64,000 nucleotides of DNA from an uncultured Prevotellaceae bacterium (GTDB taxonomy: Bacteria; Bacteroidota; Bacteroidia; Bacteroidales; UBA3663). The notes under the pieces are model-generated. The model searched no databases. It saw nothing but the letters and a program-made list of their open reading frames with translations, and had not been told where the DNA came from. The position numbers were made by a program, and so were the translations under genes. Numbering within the stretch: position 1 is the stretch's first letter; each line of letters begins with the position of its first letter. Shown one piece after another: positions 28,162 through 38,600 of the stretch. The stretch covers positions 148,035-212,034 of the forward strand of contig ONNR01000001.1 of the NCBI GenBank assembly GCA_900319235.1, read 5' to 3'.

Positions 28162-29544
28162 TCAATCCCTCTTTGCCGAGAGCTGCTTCTCGACAGCGCG
28201 GTACTTCTCGGTGAAACTTGGATCGGTGGCGAGCATATCGTCGACCTTCTTGAAGGCGCTGAGGACGGTGGCGTGGTCGCGTCCGCCTATCACTTCGCCG
28301 ATGCGGACCACGGAGAGCGTGGTGAACTGATGGCTGAGGTGCATGGCTGCCTGACGTGCCTGGACAATCTCCTTCTTGCGGCTCTTCGAATTGAGGCTCT
28401 TCATATCGACACCGAATGTCTGGATGACGAGGTTGATGATGTTCTCGCAGGTGATGACCTTCGACTCAATCTTGACGATCATTCGGAGTACGCGCGTGGC
28501 GAGATCCTGGTCGATGGGGCGATTGAAGGCGATGGAATGGGCGAGGAGCGAGTTGATGACTCCCTCGAGGTCGCGCACATTGTCGGTGGCATTGCGTGCG
28601 ATGTACTCGATGACGTCCTCACTGATGGTGATGCCCTCCTTCTCGCACTTGCTGCGGAGGATGCCCTTGCGCAGCTCGTAGTCGGGACGCTCGATTTCGC
28701 CGATGAAGCCCCACTTGAAGCGGGTGAGCAGACGCGGAACGAGGTCTTCAAGCTCGACAGGCGGGCGGTCGCAGGTCATCACAAGCTGCTTGCCCAGCTG
28801 GTGCAGGTGGTTGAAGATGTGGAAGAACGTGTTCTGCGTCGCGATGAGGTTCTTGCCGGCAAACTCCTGGATGTCGTCGACGATGAGCACGTCGATGCTC
28901 TGGTAGAAGTTGATGAAGTCGTTCAGACGGTTCTGACGCACGGCATCGGTGTACTGCACCTTGAACTGATAGGCGGTGACGTAGAGCACGCGCTTGGTGG
29001 GGTCGTTCTCGAGGATCTTGAGGCCGATGGCCTGTGCAAGGTGCGTCTTGCCGACACCACTGGCTCCGAAGATGAAGAAGGGGTTGAATGCCGAATTGCC
29101 GGGACGGTTGCTGACCGTGAGGCCGGCACTGAGCGCGAGCTCGTTGGACTTGCCGGGACAGAATGCGCTGAGCGTGCAGTTGGGATTGAGATGCGACTCG
29201 AAATTGGATTCGGGTGCGGCTTCGATGCGATTCTTCGGGTTGAGCTTCACCGAGGCATTGTCGTCGTGGACATCGTCGTCGCTGGTCTTGACGACACCGA
29301 TGCGGTACTTGATGGACGCATTGGGACCGAAGACGCGCCAGAAGGTCTTGGAGAGAAGGTTGTAGTACTGGTCGGATTCGAGCGTCTCATAGACATAGTG
29401 AGAGGGAACGAGCAGGGTGAGCCTGCCGTCCTTGAACTCGCCCGCACGGACAGAAGCGAAGAAGGCCTGATAGGCGTCCTCGTTCTGAAGGTTTTCGCGT
29501 ATGATGGCGAGGCATTGTTCCCACTGTTTCTCGAATGGTGCCAT
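28162..29544 (-). CDS. dnaA: Chromosomal replication initiator
   Basis: AFNPFFIFGASGVGKTHL, VDDIQ, FFHIFN, NVRDLEG, GGRDHATV. Confidence 0.97.
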   Translation of the reverse strand: MAPFEKQWEQCLAIIRENLQNEDAYQAFFASVRAGEFKDGRLTLLVPSHYVYETLESDQYYNLLSKTFWRVFGPNASIKYRIGVVKTSDDDVHDDNASVKLNPKNRIEAAPESNFESHLNPNCTLSAFCPGKSNELALSAGLTVSNRPGNSAFNPFFIFGASGVGKTHLAQAIGLKILENDPTKRVLYVTAYQFKVQYTDAVRQNRLNDFINFYQSIDVLIVDDIQEFAGKNLIATQNTFFHIFNHLHQLGKQLVMTCDRPPVELEDLVPRLLTRFKWGFIGEIERPDYELRKGILRSKCEKEGITISEDVIEYIARNATDNVRDLEGVINSLLAHSIAFNRPIDQDLATRVLRMIVKIESKVITCENIINLVIQTFGVDMKSLNSKSRKKEIVQARQAAMHLSHQFTTLSVVRIGEVIGGRDHATVLSAFKKVDDMLATDPSFTEKYRAVEKQLSAKRD

Positions 29545-29566
29545 TTACTTACAGAAGATATTATTT

Positions 29567-29670
29567 AGGTTCGAAAGGTTCGAAGGGTTTGAGGGGTTCG
29601 AAAGGTTCGAGAAGTTCGAAAGGTTCGAAAGGTTGCTTCCTTCGGTTCGCGCGAGCAGAGCTCGGAGCGA
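29567..29670. repeat. REP-like 22-mer with 7 x 9-bp tandem tail, copy 2, in the dnaA leader
   Basis: (GGTTCGAAA) about x7, then GGTTGCTTC-N9-GCGCGAGCAGAGCTCGGAGCGA. Confidence 0.85.
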
Positions 29671-29747
29671 TGGGTTTCGATGGGTTGTATATTGTGTTAT
29701 GATAGGTCAAACTGGTTGCGAAAAGGGCGAATTACCCTTTCGCGGTG

Positions 29748-29755
29748 CAAAGATA
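29748..29755 (-). promoter_or_regulatory. -7 promoter element for dnaA
   Basis: TATCTTTG(CA) on the minus strand, followed by a hairpin at 29718-29743. Confidence 0.7.
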
Positions 29756-29938
29756 TAGAAAAAAAAATTACGGTGCAAGAGTAAAAAAATTGCGAAAAAA
29801 TTTGGAAATTTCTAACTCGTTGATTTTCAATTTCGATTCACTTCAAATCGGGGTGTTTGAAATTCGTCGATTTTGTAGGTTGCAATTCGTTGATTTATAG
29901 AAAGATATAGTGTTGGGTGAAAAGTTCATTTTCAAAAG

Positions 29939-30010
29939 TTATCAACAATCTTTAATGGGGTTAATTATGCTTGTTTCCTCTTGAAAAAGTAGCATTTAGA
30001 TTGTTGATAA
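29939..30010. promoter_or_regulatory. Two inverted DnaA-box-like 9-mers
   Basis: TTATCAACA at 29939-29947 and TGTTGATAA at 30002-30010, each one mismatch from TTATCCACA, in an AT-rich region upstream of dnaA. Confidence 0.6.
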
Positions 30011-30044
30011 CTCGGGTTTCGTTAAAAAAAATGATTTCAAATTA

Positions 30045-30530
30045 CTATTCGGTTACTTCATCGTAGGAAAAACCGAAAGGTAGTAAAGTCGAGATACCAT
30101 TAATGACATAGATTCCCTGCTGCGAGGGGAGGAGAATCTCGATGGGAGCGCCATTCCGGTACTCGGCCTCAAGGATGACCTGCCGGCACGCACCGCACGG
30201 AGCGCACACTCCCTTTGAATAAATGTCGGATGCGGTCTTGCCGATGATGCACAGCTTGAGGATGCGTGCCTCGGGGTAGCGGCTTTGCGCATAGAACACG
30301 GCGGTGCGCTCGGCGCAGAGTCCGCTGGGGTAGGCAGCGTTCTCCTGATTGCTTCCGGTGATGATTTCTCCGTTGTCGAGCAGGCAAGCAGCGCCCACTT
30401 TGTAGTGTGAATAGGGCGAATATGAGCGCGAAGTGGCCAATTTTGCGGCATCAACTACATTTTTTTGGTCCAAAGTGAGCTCAGATTCGTCTAAAATGCG
30501 TATCTTTGCGGCGATTTCTATGGTTTTCAT
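30045..30530 (-). CDS. cdd: Cytidine deaminase
   Basis: YSPYS-x-YKVGA, NQENAAYP, CAE, PCGACRQ. Start placed at MKTIEI. Confidence 0.95.
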   Translation of the reverse strand: MKTIEIAAKIRILDESELTLDQKNVVDAAKLATSRSYSPYSHYKVGAACLLDNGEIITGSNQENAAYPSGLCAERTAVFYAQSRYPEARILKLCIIGKTASDIYSKGVCAPCGACRQVILEAEYRNGAPIEILLPSQQGIYVINGISTLLPFGFSYDEVTE

Positions 30531-30561
30531 AGGAGTTAGGGTTTTATAACACTGCAAATAT

Positions 30562-31515
30562 ATGGCAAAAATCTCAAATGTCCAAACAAACTGTACCACT
30601 TTTTGCAAAAAAACTATTCTTTTTGTTGCATTTGTCATCGTCGAACTCATTTTTACACCCTCATTCGGTGCAAAAAAGGCGAAATGCCCAACGATGGGCC
30701 CGCGTCTGACGGTGGAAGAGTACTGCGAGAAATATTCGGAAATGGCACAGAAGCAGATGCGCAAATACGGCGTGCCTGCCTCGATCACCCTTGCCCAGGG
30801 CATCCTGGAGTCGGGCTACGGGTCGAGCTACCTGGCTGTGGTTGCCAACAACCACTTCGGCATCAAGGCCTACAGCCGAGGCTGGAAGGGCGCGACGGTG
30901 CTGTGTGACGACGATGCGAAGAACGAGCCGTTCTGCAAGTTCGGCAGCGTGGCCGAGGGATACGAGTACCATTCGACCTTTCTGTGCGACAACCCGCGCT
31001 ACGCCTCGCTCTTCAAGCTCGACGTGCGCGACTACGAGAGCTGGGCCCACGGACTGAAGGCCTGCGGCTATGCCACCAACCCGAAGTACGGGACGATGCT
31101 GGTGAACCTGATCGAGACCCATCACCTCGACGTCTATGACATCCTGAAGAACAAGAAGGTGACCACCGCCCACCGCACCCTCTACGTGACCAGTGCGAAG
31201 CGCGGACTGAAATACGTGCGCTGCCTGAAGGGCGACGACCTGGCTGCCATCGCCAAGGACTACGGCGTCAACGAGCGCAAGCTGCGCCGATACAACGACC
31301 TGACGAAGCGCTCGGTGCTGAAGGAGAACGACATCATCTACCTGCAGAGCAAGCGCAGCAAGGCTCCCAAGGAGTTCACCGTACACCGGGTGAAGGTGGG
31401 CGAGTCGATGTGGAGCATCTCGCAAGTCTATGGCGTGACCATCAGGAGCCTTATGAGGCGAAATAAGCTGGTTTCGGCCACCGTACATGAAGGTCAGGTA
31501 TTGCGACTGAGATAG
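30562..31515 (+). CDS. GH73 glucosaminidase with LysM domains
   Basis: PASITLAQGILESG, NNHFGIK, GYATNP, two C-terminal LysM repeats. Confidence 0.92.
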   Translation: MAKISNVQTNCTTFCKKTILFVAFVIVELIFTPSFGAKKAKCPTMGPRLTVEEYCEKYSEMAQKQMRKYGVPASITLAQGILESGYGSSYLAVVANNHFGIKAYSRGWKGATVLCDDDAKNEPFCKFGSVAEGYEYHSTFLCDNPRYASLFKLDVRDYESWAHGLKACGYATNPKYGTMLVNLIETHHLDVYDILKNKKVTTAHRTLYVTSAKRGLKYVRCLKGDDLAAIAKDYGVNERKLRRYNDLTKRSVLKENDIIYLQSKRSKAPKEFTVHRVKVGESMWSISQVYGVTIRSLMRRNKLVSATVHEGQVLRLR

Positions 31516-31585
31516 TTTAGGGGTCTATATTAGGTTTTTTTGCAAAAAAACTCTACTATTTCTTGCAAGTTCCACAAAAAATTAG

Positions 31586-31593
31586 TATATTTG
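31586..31593 (+). promoter_or_regulatory. -7 promoter element for the ROK gene
   Basis: TATATTTG(C). Confidence 0.65.
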
Positions 31594-31633
31594 CCCCCGA
31601 AAAAGTATTACACCTTTTAAATATATATAAATT

Positions 31634-32608
31634 ATGGTTACTTGTAAACCTTATGTAGTAGGTATCGATTGCGGTGGCACCAACACCGTGATGGGTATTG
31701 TTGATAGTCGTGGCAAGGTCGTTGCCAAAAATGCCATCAAAACCAAAGCTTACATCGAATTCAACGATTTCATCGACGCCATTGCACGTTCGCTCAGCGA
31801 GCTGTTCGAGCAGGTGGGTGGCCCACAGATGATCACAGGTATCGGTATTGGTGCGCCCAACGGCAACTATTACACCGGCACGATTGAATATGCACCTAAT
31901 CTTCCATGGAAAGGCATTCTCCCATTGGCAGATGCACTTTACGAGCGCCTGGGTATCCCCGTGGCTGTGACGAATGATGCCAATGCTGCAGCCATCGGCG
32001 AAATGACCTACGGTGCTGCACGCGGCATGCGCGACTTCATCGAGATCACCCTGGGTACGGGTGTCGGCTCGGGCATCGTGATCAATGGCGAACTGGTGTA
32101 TGGCCATGACGGCTTTGCCGGCGAACTTGGACACGTAAGAATCCGTCATAACGGCAACCGTATGTGCGGATGCGGTATGACCGACCACCTGGAGTGCTAC
32201 TGCTCGGCTACGGGCGTGGCTCGCACAGCCCGCGAATTCCTTGCAACCCGTGAGACTCCTTCTGCTCTTCGCAACCTCGTTCCCGAGGAGATCACCTCGA
32301 AGGATGTTTTCGACGCTGCCATGGCAGGCGATGCACTGGCCAAGGAGATCTTCGACTTCACCGGCCGCATCATGGGTCAGGCTTTTGCCGACTTCGTTGC
32401 CTTCTCGGCTCCCGAGGCCATCATCCTCTTCGGCGGTCTTGCCAACGCAGGCGACCTGCTGATGAAGCCTATCGTGAAGGCCATGGAGGAGAACCTCCTG
32501 CAGATCTGGAAGGGCAAGATCAAGGTATTGCCTTCGGGTCTCGCATCGGGCGACGCTGCCGTCCTCGGCGCTTCGGCTCTCGGCTGGAAAGCCAAGAATG
32601 AGAATTAA
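31634..32608 (+). CDS. ROK family sugar kinase (glucokinase-like)
   Basis: GIDCGGT, NDANAAAIGE, TLGTGVGSG, GELGH, CGCG. Confidence 0.93.
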   Translation: MVTCKPYVVGIDCGGTNTVMGIVDSRGKVVAKNAIKTKAYIEFNDFIDAIARSLSELFEQVGGPQMITGIGIGAPNGNYYTGTIEYAPNLPWKGILPLADALYERLGIPVAVTNDANAAAIGEMTYGAARGMRDFIEITLGTGVGSGIVINGELVYGHDGFAGELGHVRIRHNGNRMCGCGMTDHLECYCSATGVARTAREFLATRETPSALRNLVPEEITSKDVFDAAMAGDALAKEIFDFTGRIMGQAFADFVAFSAPEAIILFGGLANAGDLLMKPIVKAMEENLLQIWKGKIKVLPSGLASGDAAVLGASALGWKAKNEN

Positions 32609-32675
32609 TCCTATCGCTCTGACAAAGGGCGTACCAAGAAAAGCCCGTCTCAACCGACGGGCACTATTTTGATAT

Positions 32676-35492
32676 ATGGCTATAGAGGTATTAGGCGCAA
32701 GAGTCCATAACCTGAAGAATATAGATGTTACCATCCCCGGTCACAGCCTTGCTGTTGTGACCGGTCTTTCGGGTTCGGGAAAGTCGTCGCTTGCGTTTGA
32801 TACCATCTATGCCGAAGGTCAGCGCCGCTACATCGAGACCTTCTCGAGCTATGCGCGCAACTTCCTCGGTAACCTCGAACGCCCCGATGTGGACAAGATC
32901 TCGGGCCTTTCGCCCGTGATCAGCATCGAGCAGAAGACGGTGAACCACAATCCGCGTTCGACGGTGGGCACCACCACCGAGATCTACGACTTCTTCCGAC
33001 TGCTCTATGCACGTGCCGGCGAGGCATTCAGCTACCTGAGCGGCGAAAGGATGGTGAGGTTCAGCGAAGACCAGATCATCGACCTCATCCTGAAGGACTA
33101 CGAGGGACGCCGCGTGTATCTGCTGGCTCCGCTCGTCAGAAACCGCAAGGGCCACTATCGCGAACTCTTCGAGAACCTGCGCAAGAAGGGCTATCTGAAC
33201 GTGCGCATCGACGGCGAGATGCGCGAGATACTGCACGGCCTGCAGCTCGACCGCTACAAGAACCACTCCATCGAACTGGTGGTTGACAAGATGCGCGTGG
33301 AGTCGATCGACGAACATCGTCTGCGCCAAAGCGTGCGACTTGCAATGCGCCATGGCGAGGGAATGATGATGATCATGTGCGACGACCAGCTGAAGTACTA
33401 TTCGCGCTCGATGATGGACCCCGTGACGGGCCTGTCGTACAAGGAACCTGCGCCGCACGACTTCTCGTTCAACAGCCCCATGGGCGCCTGTCCCCACTGC
33501 CATGGCCTGGGAACGGTGACGATGGTGGATCGGACGAAGATCATCCCCGACACGTCGCTGTCGATAGCCGAAGGCGGCATCGTCCCGCTGGGCAAGAAGA
33601 AGAAAAGCATGATCTTCTGGCAGATCGAGGCACTGCTGCAGACCTACGACTGCACGCTCGACGACCCCATCAGCACCCTGCCCGAAGATGCCATCGAGGC
33701 TGTGCTGAGCGGAACGGGACAATCGTACCACGTGTCGGAAGAGTCGATGGGCTACTCGATGATGACCATGCCCTATGAGGGCCTGGTGAAATATCTGAAG
33801 GATGCCGCAGGTGATGACGCTTCGGCCAAGGAACGCCGCTGGGCTGAGTCGTTCAGCACGGTGCAGACCTGTCCCCACTGCCACGGACAGCGCTTGAACA
33901 ATGAGTCGCTCCATTACTTCATCGACGGCAAGAACATCGCCGAGGTGAGTGCCATGACGATCACCGACCTGGCCCAATGGGTCGACCAGCTGCCTGCGAA
34001 GCTGAACGAAAGGCAGAAGAGCATCGCTGGCGAGATATTGAAGGAGATTGCCACGCGCATCAAGTTCCTGCTTGGCGTGGGCCTCGGATACCTTTCGCTC
34101 GACCGTCCTTCGATGACACTTTCGGGCGGCGAGTCGCAACGCATCCGACTGGCTACGCAGATAGGTTCGCAACTGGTGAACGTGCTCTACATCCTCGACG
34201 AGCCTTCAATAGGACTGCACCAGCGCGACAACCAGCTGCTGATACAGTCGCTGAAGAAACTGCGCGATATCGGCAATACGATCATCGTGGTGGAACACGA
34301 CCGCGACATGATGCTGCAGTCGGACTACCTCGTGGACATCGGTCCCGGTGCGGGACGCAAGGGCGGCAACGTGGTGTTTGAAGGCACTCCCGACCAGATG
34401 CTCAAGGAGCACACGCTGACGAGCGACTACCTGAACGGCACACGTCGCATCGAAGTGCCTGCCGTACGTCGTAAGGGCAACGGCAAGATGCTGGTGCTCG
34501 AAGGCGCATCGGGACACAACCTCAAGGGCGAAAAGGTGGAGTTCCCACTGGGTTGCCTGATTGGCGTGACGGGTGTGTCGGGTTCGGGAAAGTCGACGCT
34601 GGTGAATGCAACGCTGCAGCCCATCCTCAGCCAGAAGTTCTACCGTTCTCTGACCGAACCCTTGCCCTATACGTCGATCAGCGGACTGGAACACATCGAC
34701 AAGGTGGTCACCGTGGACCAGTCGCCTCTGGGACGCACACCACGTTCGAACCCCGCCACCTATACGGGCGTGTTCCAGGACATCAGAAACCTCTTCGTCC
34801 AACTGCCCGAGGCACAGATGAGGGGTTACAAGCCCGGACGATTCTCGTTCAACATCGGCGGAGGACGATGCGAAGCCTGTTCGGGCAACGGATACAAGAC
34901 CATCGTGATGAACTTCCTGCCCGACGTGATGGTGCCCTGCGAGGTTTGCCAGGGCAAGCGCTACAATCGCGAGACACTGGAAGTGCGCTTCAAGGGAAAG
35001 TCGATTGCCGACGTGCTCGATATGACCATCAACCAGGCCGTGGAGTTCTTCGAGAACGTGCCTACCATCCTCAACAAGATCAAGGTGCTGCAGGAGGTGG
35101 GCCTGGGATACATCAAACTGGGACAACCTTCGACCACACTGTCGGGCGGCGAGTCGCAACGCGTGAAGCTGGCCGCCGAACTGTCGAAGAAACAGACGGG
35201 AAAGACGGTGTATATCCTCGACGAGCCCACTACGGGTCTGCATTTCGAGGACATTCGTGTGCTGATGTCCTGCATCAACCGACTGGTCGACAAGGGCAAC
35301 ACGGTGATCATCATCGAACACAACCTGGACGTCATCAAGTGCTGCGACTACATCATCGACATGGGTCCTGATGGCGGTTCAGCCGGAGGACATCTGATCG
35401 CCCACGGAAGCCCCGAGGAGATCTGCGAGAAATTCGATACCTGGACAACCAGGTATTTGAAAAATGAATTAGGGATTGTAAGGGATTCTTAA
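32676..35492 (+). CDS. uvrA: Excinuclease ABC subunit A
   Basis: GARVHNLKN, two Walker A motifs (GLSGSGKS, GVSGSGKS), LSGGESQR x2, zinc fingers. Confidence 0.98.
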   Translation: MAIEVLGARVHNLKNIDVTIPGHSLAVVTGLSGSGKSSLAFDTIYAEGQRRYIETFSSYARNFLGNLERPDVDKISGLSPVISIEQKTVNHNPRSTVGTTTEIYDFFRLLYARAGEAFSYLSGERMVRFSEDQIIDLILKDYEGRRVYLLAPLVRNRKGHYRELFENLRKKGYLNVRIDGEMREILHGLQLDRYKNHSIELVVDKMRVESIDEHRLRQSVRLAMRHGEGMMMIMCDDQLKYYSRSMMDPVTGLSYKEPAPHDFSFNSPMGACPHCHGLGTVTMVDRTKIIPDTSLSIAEGGIVPLGKKKKSMIFWQIEALLQTYDCTLDDPISTLPEDAIEAVLSGTGQSYHVSEESMGYSMMTMPYEGLVKYLKDAAGDDASAKERRWAESFSTVQTCPHCHGQRLNNESLHYFIDGKNIAEVSAMTITDLAQWVDQLPAKLNERQKSIAGEILKEIATRIKFLLGVGLGYLSLDRPSMTLSGGESQRIRLATQIGSQLVNVLYILDEPSIGLHQRDNQLLIQSLKKLRDIGNTIIVVEHDRDMMLQSDYLVDIGPGAGRKGGNVVFEGTPDQMLKEHTLTSDYLNGTRRIEVPAVRRKGNGKMLVLEGASGHNLKGEKVEFPLGCLIGVTGVSGSGKSTLVNATLQPILSQKFYRSLTEPLPYTSISGLEHIDKVVTVDQSPLGRTPRSNPATYTGVFQDIRNLFVQLPEAQMRGYKPGRFSFNIGGGRCEACSGNGYKTIVMNFLPDVMVPCEVCQGKRYNRETLEVRFKGKSIADVLDMTINQAVEFFENVPTILNKIKVLQEVGLGYIKLGQPSTTLSGGESQRVKLAAELSKKQTGKTVYILDEPTTGLHFEDIRVLMSCINRLVDKGNTVIIIEHNLDVIKCCDYIIDMGPDGGSAGGHLIAHGSPEEICEKFDTWTTRYLKNELGIVRDS

Positions 35493-35635
35493 GGATTTTA
35501 AGGGATTTTAAGGGACGAATGTTTCTTGGGTCCCATTCTCAACAAGGCGCTTCTCTCGGACGTGACCGAACGGGAACAAGGTAACGTCCCCAAATATCCC
35601 CAAATATCCCTAAACATCCCCAAATATCCCTAAAA
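35470..35635. repeat. Inverted element with 10-bp tandem arms, copy 1
   Basis: (AAGGGATTTT)n-AGGGAC, ~70-bp core, GTCCC-(CAAATATCCC)n. Left arm contains the uvrA stop. Confidence 0.8.
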
Positions 35636-35687
35636 CGAAAGTTAACAACAACACCATACAATAAGTCGTTATTAAATTTCATCTACA

Positions 35688-38600
35688 ATGAAAAAGAAAC
35701 TGAAGAAGGTCCTTGTTCTTGGCTCGGGTGCCTTGAAGATTGGACAGGCTGGAGAGTTTGACTATTCAGGCAGTCAGGCATTGAAGGCTTTGCGTGAAGA
35801 GGGTATTAGTTCTGTTTTGGTCAACCCGAACATTGCGACTATCCAAACCTCAGAAGGTATTGCTGACAAGGTTTATTTCCTTCCGGTCAACACCTACTAT
35901 GTGACCGAAATCATCAAGAAGGAGCGTCCCGACGGCATCCTGCTGGCATTCGGTGGACAGACCGCGCTCAACTGCGGCACCGAACTCTACCTGAAGGGCG
36001 TGCTGAAGGAGTACGGCGTGGAAGTACTTGGCACCAGCGTGGAAGCCATCATGAACACCGAAGACCGCGACCTTTTCGTGAAGGAACTGAACAAGATTGA
36101 TGCCAAGGTGCCCGTGAGCCATGCCTGCGAGACCCTGGAAGATGCCCTGGCTTCGGCCCGCAAGATCGGTTATCCCATCATGATCCGTTCGGCCTATGCC
36201 CTGGGTGGCCTGGGTTCGGGCGTATGCCCCGACGAGGCAACGTTCAAGGAGATTGCCGAGAGTGCCTTCACCTTTGCGCCCCAGGTTCTGGTTGAGGAGT
36301 CGCTGAAGGGCTGGAAGGAAATCGAGTTCGAGTGCATTCGCGATGCCAACGACCACTGCTTCACCGTGGCTTCGATGGAGAACTTCGACCCACTCGGCAT
36401 CCATACGGGCGAGTCGATTGTGGTGGCTCCGACCTGTTCCCTGACCGACGAACAGGTGAAGATGCTTCAGGACATCACCATCATGTGCGTGCGTCATCTG
36501 AACATTGTAGGTGAGTGCAACATCCAGTTTGCCTTCAATGCCGAGACCAACGACTACCGCATCATCGAGATCAATGCTCGTCTGTCGCGTTCGTCGGCCC
36601 TTGCCTCGAAGGCTACAGGTTATCCTCTGGCATTCGTTGCCGCAAAGATTGCCCTGGGCTATACGCTCGACCAGATCGGCGAGATGGGCACTACCAACTC
36701 GGCCTATGTGGCTCCTTCGCTCGACTATATGATCTGCAAGATCCCACGCTGGGACCTCACGAAGTTTGTAGGCGTGAGCCGCAAGATCGGTTCGTCGATG
36801 AAGTCGGTGGGCGAAATCATGTCCATCGGTCGTTCGTTCGAGGAAATGCTGCAGAAGGGTCTGCGTATGATCGGACAGGGCATGCACGGCTTTGTGGGCA
36901 ACGACCACACACGCTTCGACAACCTCGACGAGGAGCTTTCGAACCCAACCGACCTGCGTATCTTCGCCATCGCTCAGGCTTTGGAGGAAGGCTACAGCAT
37001 CGAGAGACTGTACGAACTCACGAAGATCGACCCCTGGTTCATCGAAAGGATGAAGAACATCGTCGATTACAAGCACGTGCTCGAAGGTTATACTTCACTC
37101 GACCAGCTTCCTGCCGATGTGCTGACCAAGGCCAAGGTGCTTGGCTTCTCGGACTTCCAGATTGCCCGCTTCGTGCTCAATGCACATCAGGGCAGCAACA
37201 TGGAGAAGGAGGTGCTTGCCGTACGTGCCCTTCGCAAGAAGCTCAACATCCTGCCTGCCGTGAAGCGCATCCCGACAGTGGCTTCCGAGCATCCCGACCT
37301 CACCAACTACCTCTATATGACCTATGCTGTGCAGGGTCACGACGTGAACTATTATTCGAACGAGAAGTCGGTGGTTGTGCTCGGCTCGGGTGCTTATCGC
37401 ATCGGCTCGTCGGTAGAGTTCGACTGGTGTTCGGTGAATGCCATCAATACTGCCCGCAAACTGGGTTACAAGTCGATCATGATCAACTACAACCCCGAGA
37501 CAGTTTCGACCGACTACGACATGTGCGACCGTCTCTACTTCGACGAACTTTCGTTCGAACGTGTGCTTGACGTGATTGACCTCGAGCAGCCACGCGGCGT
37601 GATTGTTTCGGTGGGTGGACAGATCCCCAACAACCTCGCCATGAAACTGCATCGCCAGTCGGTGCCCATCCTGGGTACATCGCCAGTCTCGATTGACCGT
37701 GCCGAGAACCGCAGCAAGTTCAGCGCCATGCTCGACAAGCTTGGCATCGACCAGCCGAAGTGGAGTGCGCTGACTTCGATGGATGACGTACATAAGTTCG
37801 TCGAGGAGGTGGGTTATCCTGTGCTCGTTCGTCCTTCGTATGTGCTTTCGGGTGCTGCGATGAACGTCTGCTACGACGATGCCGAGCTGAAGCGCTTCCT
37901 CGAGATGGCCAGCGAGGTTTCGAAGGAATATCCTGTGGTGATTTCGCAGTTCATGACCGAGACCAACGAGATCGAGTTCGATGCCGTTGCCCAGCAGGGT
38001 GAGGTGGTCGAGTATGCCATCTCGGAGCATATCGAATATGCCGGTGTGCATTCGGGCGACGCCACAATGTGCTTCCCCGTGCAGAACATCTCGTTCGCTA
38101 CCGTTCGTCAGATCAAGAAGGTTTCGCGCGCCATTGCCAAGGAACTCAACATCTCGGGCCCATTCAACATCCAGTATCTGGCCAAGGGTCGCGACCTGAA
38201 GGTGATCGAGTGCAACCTGCGTGCATCGCGTTCGTTCCCATTCGTTTCGAAGGTACTGAAGCGCAACTTCATCGATACGGCAACACGTATCATGCTCGAT
38301 GCTCCTTACGTGAAACCCGACAAGAGCGAGTTCGACATCGACCGCATCGGCGTGAAGGCTTCGCAGTTCTCGTTCGCACGTCTGCAGAATGCCGACCCCG
38401 TGCTTGGTGTAGATATGAGTTCGACGGGCGAGGTAGGCTGCCTGGGTGACGACTTCGACGAGGCTCTGCTCAATGCCCTTATCGCCACTGGCTACAAACT
38501 GCCTTCGAAGGATAAGGCCATCATGATTTCGTCGGGTGAAACCAAGTCGAAGGTTGCTCTGCTCGATGCAGCTGCCGAACTGGTGAAGGCAGGTTATACC

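Noticed and set aside
28147..29568. 473-aa plus-strand ORF opposite dnaA, and similar long antisense ORFs (17913-19604, 21355-22875, 32691-34172, 37095-38954)
   Set aside because: Shadow frames caused by high GC3 in well-supported genes on the other strand; no motifs.
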